A stretch of DNA of 64,000 bases from Gemmatimonadota bacterium (lineage in GTDB: Bacteria; Gemmatimonadota; Gemmatimonadetes; Palauibacterales; Palauibacteraceae). Position 1 is the first letter of the stretch; every line of letters begins with the position of its first letter. The notes beneath the pieces were generated by a model, which saw only the letters and a program-made list of their open reading frames with translations, was not told the DNA's origin and ran no database searches. The translations under genes and the position numbers were made by a program. Location: assembly GCA_046758745.1 (NCBI GenBank), contig JBHIAV010000006.1:23468-87467 (forward strand). Direction: 5' to 3'. Of the stretch, positions 60,290-64,000 are shown piece by piece.

Positions 60290-60460
60290 CGGTTCCTCGC
60301 CAAGTCTCCGCATCATACCGAACAGAGGCGACGCCGCGCCACGCCGCGGCGCTTGCTGCGAGCTGCGCGGCGCGAGTATGCTCCCGCCGCATCTCCGTGA
60401 CGGAACGCGCGACCCACCGGAGAGCGCGGGCGACGACGAATCGACGGGCGCGAGGCGAGG

Positions 60461-61288
60461 GTGCGGTTTTTCAAGTATTCGGGGGCCGGGAACGACTTCG
60501 TGATCGTCGCGGCCGAGGAGATGGCGGGGCTCGCTCCGGATCTCCTCGCGCAACGAATCTGCGCGCGGTCGACCGGCGTCGGCGCGGACGGGCTCGTCCT
60601 GGTGCGACGGCTCGGGCCCACCCGGGTGGAGGCGCGCTTTTTCAACCCCGACGGCTCGGAGTTCTCGACGTGCGGTAACGGCACCCGCTCTGCCGCCCGC
60701 TACGCCCTGGACCTGGGCCTGGTCGACAGCGAGCCGTTCACCGCCGTCACCGCGGCTGCCGAGATCACGGCGGCCTCCATCCCCGGGGGGATCGCGCTGG
60801 AGTACCTCATCGAGGCACGCATCGCGGGCGAGCGGCGGGTGCCCTTCGACGGCGAGCCACGGACGGGCTGGCTCGTCCACATCGGACTCCCGCACTTCGT
60901 TCTCCCGCTCCAGGCGCTCCCGGAAGGATCCATCGAAGATGCGTGCCGCCCGATCCGCCACCACCGCGCGTTCAGCCCCGAAGGAGCCAACGTGAACCTG
61001 GTGGCGCTCCACCAACGCCGGTCCGGGGAGATCCGCACCTTCGAGCGCGGAGTGGAGGGCGAGACGCCGGCGTGCGGGAGCGGTGCCATGGCGGCGGTCC
61101 TCGCCCTCCACGTGGCCGGGCGATGCGACCGCTCCGTGGCGCTTCGCACACGAAGCTCCGAGGTCCTCGAGGTGACGCTCGGCCAGGAAGCCGTCACTTG
61201 CGGCGAGAGCGGCCGAGTCCTCATCGGCCTCGCCGGTCCGGTCCGCCGACTCTTCGAGGGCTTCCTGCCCGCGGGCGGCGCGCACTGA
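60461..61288 (+). CDS. dapF: diaminopimelate epimerase
   Basis: 275 aa with the two catalytic Cys contexts (FSTCGNGTR, ACGSGAMAA). Collinear DapF match. Confidence 0.88.
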   Translation: MRFFKYSGAGNDFVIVAAEEMAGLAPDLLAQRICARSTGVGADGLVLVRRLGPTRVEARFFNPDGSEFSTCGNGTRSAARYALDLGLVDSEPFTAVTAAAEITAASIPGGIALEYLIEARIAGERRVPFDGEPRTGWLVHIGLPHFVLPLQALPEGSIEDACRPIRHHRAFSPEGANVNLVALHQRRSGEIRTFERGVEGETPACGSGAMAAVLALHVAGRCDRSVALRTRSSEVLEVTLGQEAVTCGESGRVLIGLAGPVRRLFEGFLPAGGAH

Positions 61289-62482
61289 AGCGCGAACCGA
61301 TGGACGAAGGGGAGCGCGCGCGGACCAGCTGCCGTGCAGCGCGGACGACATCCGACGCGGGGCGCGGAGGAGCACCTGCGGACGAAGCGGCCACCTCGGT
61401 CCACGACGCGCGCCGGGCAGCCGGAATCGCCGGCGCTCTGCTCGCCTGGTTCGCCGGCCGCGCCCGCGACGTGCCGTGGCGCGGGGAGTCGGACCCGTAC
61501 CACATCTGGGTGGCCGAAGTGATGGCCCAGCAGACCCGCGTGGCCGCCGTGAAGGAGTACTGGGAACCGTTCCTCCGGCGTTTCCCGAGCGTCGAATCCC
61601 TCGCCGAAGCGGATCTCGACGAGGTACTCAGGAGGTGGGCGGGGCTGGGGTACTATTCCCGCGCCCGCCACCTGCACCGGGCGGCCCGCGAGGTGGTGGC
61701 CAGCTACGGCGGGAAGGTGCCCGACGACCCCGCGAAGCTGCGGAAGCTACCCGGGGTCGGCCCCTACACGGCCGGCGCCATCGCCAGCCTGGCGTACGGG
61801 AGGCCGGAGCCGGCGGTGGACGGCAACGCACGCCGCGTGCTCGCGCGGCTCGAGGATCTCGAGACGACCACCCGGCCCGTCCTGGAGGCCGGCGCTCGCC
61901 GTCTCCTCGCGGCGCGTCCGGACGCTGCCGCCCCCCTCAACCAGGCACTGATGGATCTCGGCGGCTCGCTGTGCACGCCGCGCTCTCCGGACTGTCGGGC
62001 CTGTCCCGTGCGGCGCTGGTGCCTGGCGCTCATGCGGGGCACGATCGCCGCCCGCCCCACCCGCCCGGCGAGACGCGCCCTTCCTCACCACCACATCGCG
62101 GTCGGCCTCGTGTGGCGGCAGAAGCGCCTCCTCATCGCGCGCCGCCCCGAGGAGGGACTGCTCGGCGGTCTGTGGGAGTTCCCGGGGGGGAAGGTGGAGG
62201 CCGGCGAGACTCCGGCCGAGGCGGCGCGGCGGGAGATAAGGGAGGAGCTCGGAATCGAGGTCCAGATGGGGAGACGCGCCGCCCGCGTCCCGCACGCGTA
62301 CAGCCACTTCCGGATCACCTTGCACGCCTTCCACGCCCGCTGGCTCGCCGGGGAGCCGGTTCCGCGATCGGCGAGCGCGCTCGCGTGGGTGGAGCCGGAG
62401 CGGCTCGCCGACTACGCCTTCCCGGCCGCCAACGCCCGCATCATCGAAGCTCTCCGAGAGCAGAGGTCCCGCGCGGCCGCCC

Positions 62483-63913
<1,431 letters not shown>

Positions 63914-64000
63914 CTGACCTCCGGTGGTCGATTGCGCGCCCTGCGGCGCAGTCTTACGGCGCGCGCGCCTGCCCGTTCCCTGGCTCGTCGCTGCGCCCGG

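Noticed and set aside
60290-61375. N-terminal 360 codons of ORF 59003..61375
   Set aside because: Low-complexity extension antisense to dapF. The VWA protein starts at the RBS-supported internal ATG.

Overview
High-GC (about 70%) bacterial chromosomal window. The GWxTD-domain lipoprotein, a SusC-like TonB receptor with a CarboxypepD_reg N-domain and the overall composition suggest a Gemmatimonadota/Acidobacteria-like organism (inference). It is densely coding, with about 55 genes, mostly housekeeping.

Recognisable content, in order:
- pfkA 3' end
- Fe/Mn superoxide dismutase
- a three-subunit xanthine-dehydrogenase-family molybdoenzyme whose FAD subunit carries an HcrB-type [4Fe-4S] cysteine insertion
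- YfcC-family transporter
- pckA
- two translationally coupled secreted/lipoprotein genes
- tatA
- HNH endonuclease
- priA
- a minus-strand operon of M24 peptidase, GvpF/L-like protein and L-Ala-D/L-Glu epimerase
- HDAC-family deacetylase
- sigma-70 factor
- PP2C phosphatase
- dGTPase-like HD hydrolase
- RemA-like protein and an Omp85-like outer-membrane protein
- polA
- a 24-kb co-directional minus-strand run: gcvH-gcvPA-(MBL hydrolase)-gcvPB-lipoate ligase, a six-gene peptide ABC transporter with two SBPs, exbB, TonB-dependent receptor, GWxTD lipoprotein, Slt, cspA, polA
- an orphan Phd/YefM-like gene
- DUF1707/LiaF-like protein and a His-rich NicO-like transporter
- EAL-HDOD protein
- ABC-2 exporter
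- a ChlI-like AAA+ gene and a VWA gene separated by dapF-mutY on the other strand

No rRNA, tRNA, CRISPR array or transposase was recognised.

Most notable observations:
- the split molybdoenzyme locus, with yfcC flanked by about 60-bp direct repeats
- two decayed gene remnants (a metE 3' end, and a maeB malic-enzyme/PTA fusion remnant)
- the GvpF/L-like gene inside a peptidase-epimerase operon
- several essential genes (polA, oppB, possibly priA) whose conserved N-termini lack a canonical start codon
- a perfect anti-16S Shine-Dalgarno plus a 22-codon mini-ORF in the long leader of the EAL gene

Coordinate caveat: hand-indexing of the raw sequence was error-prone in G/C homopolymer runs. Feature coordinates are therefore anchored on the supplied ORF track, with internal starts computed by codon counting.
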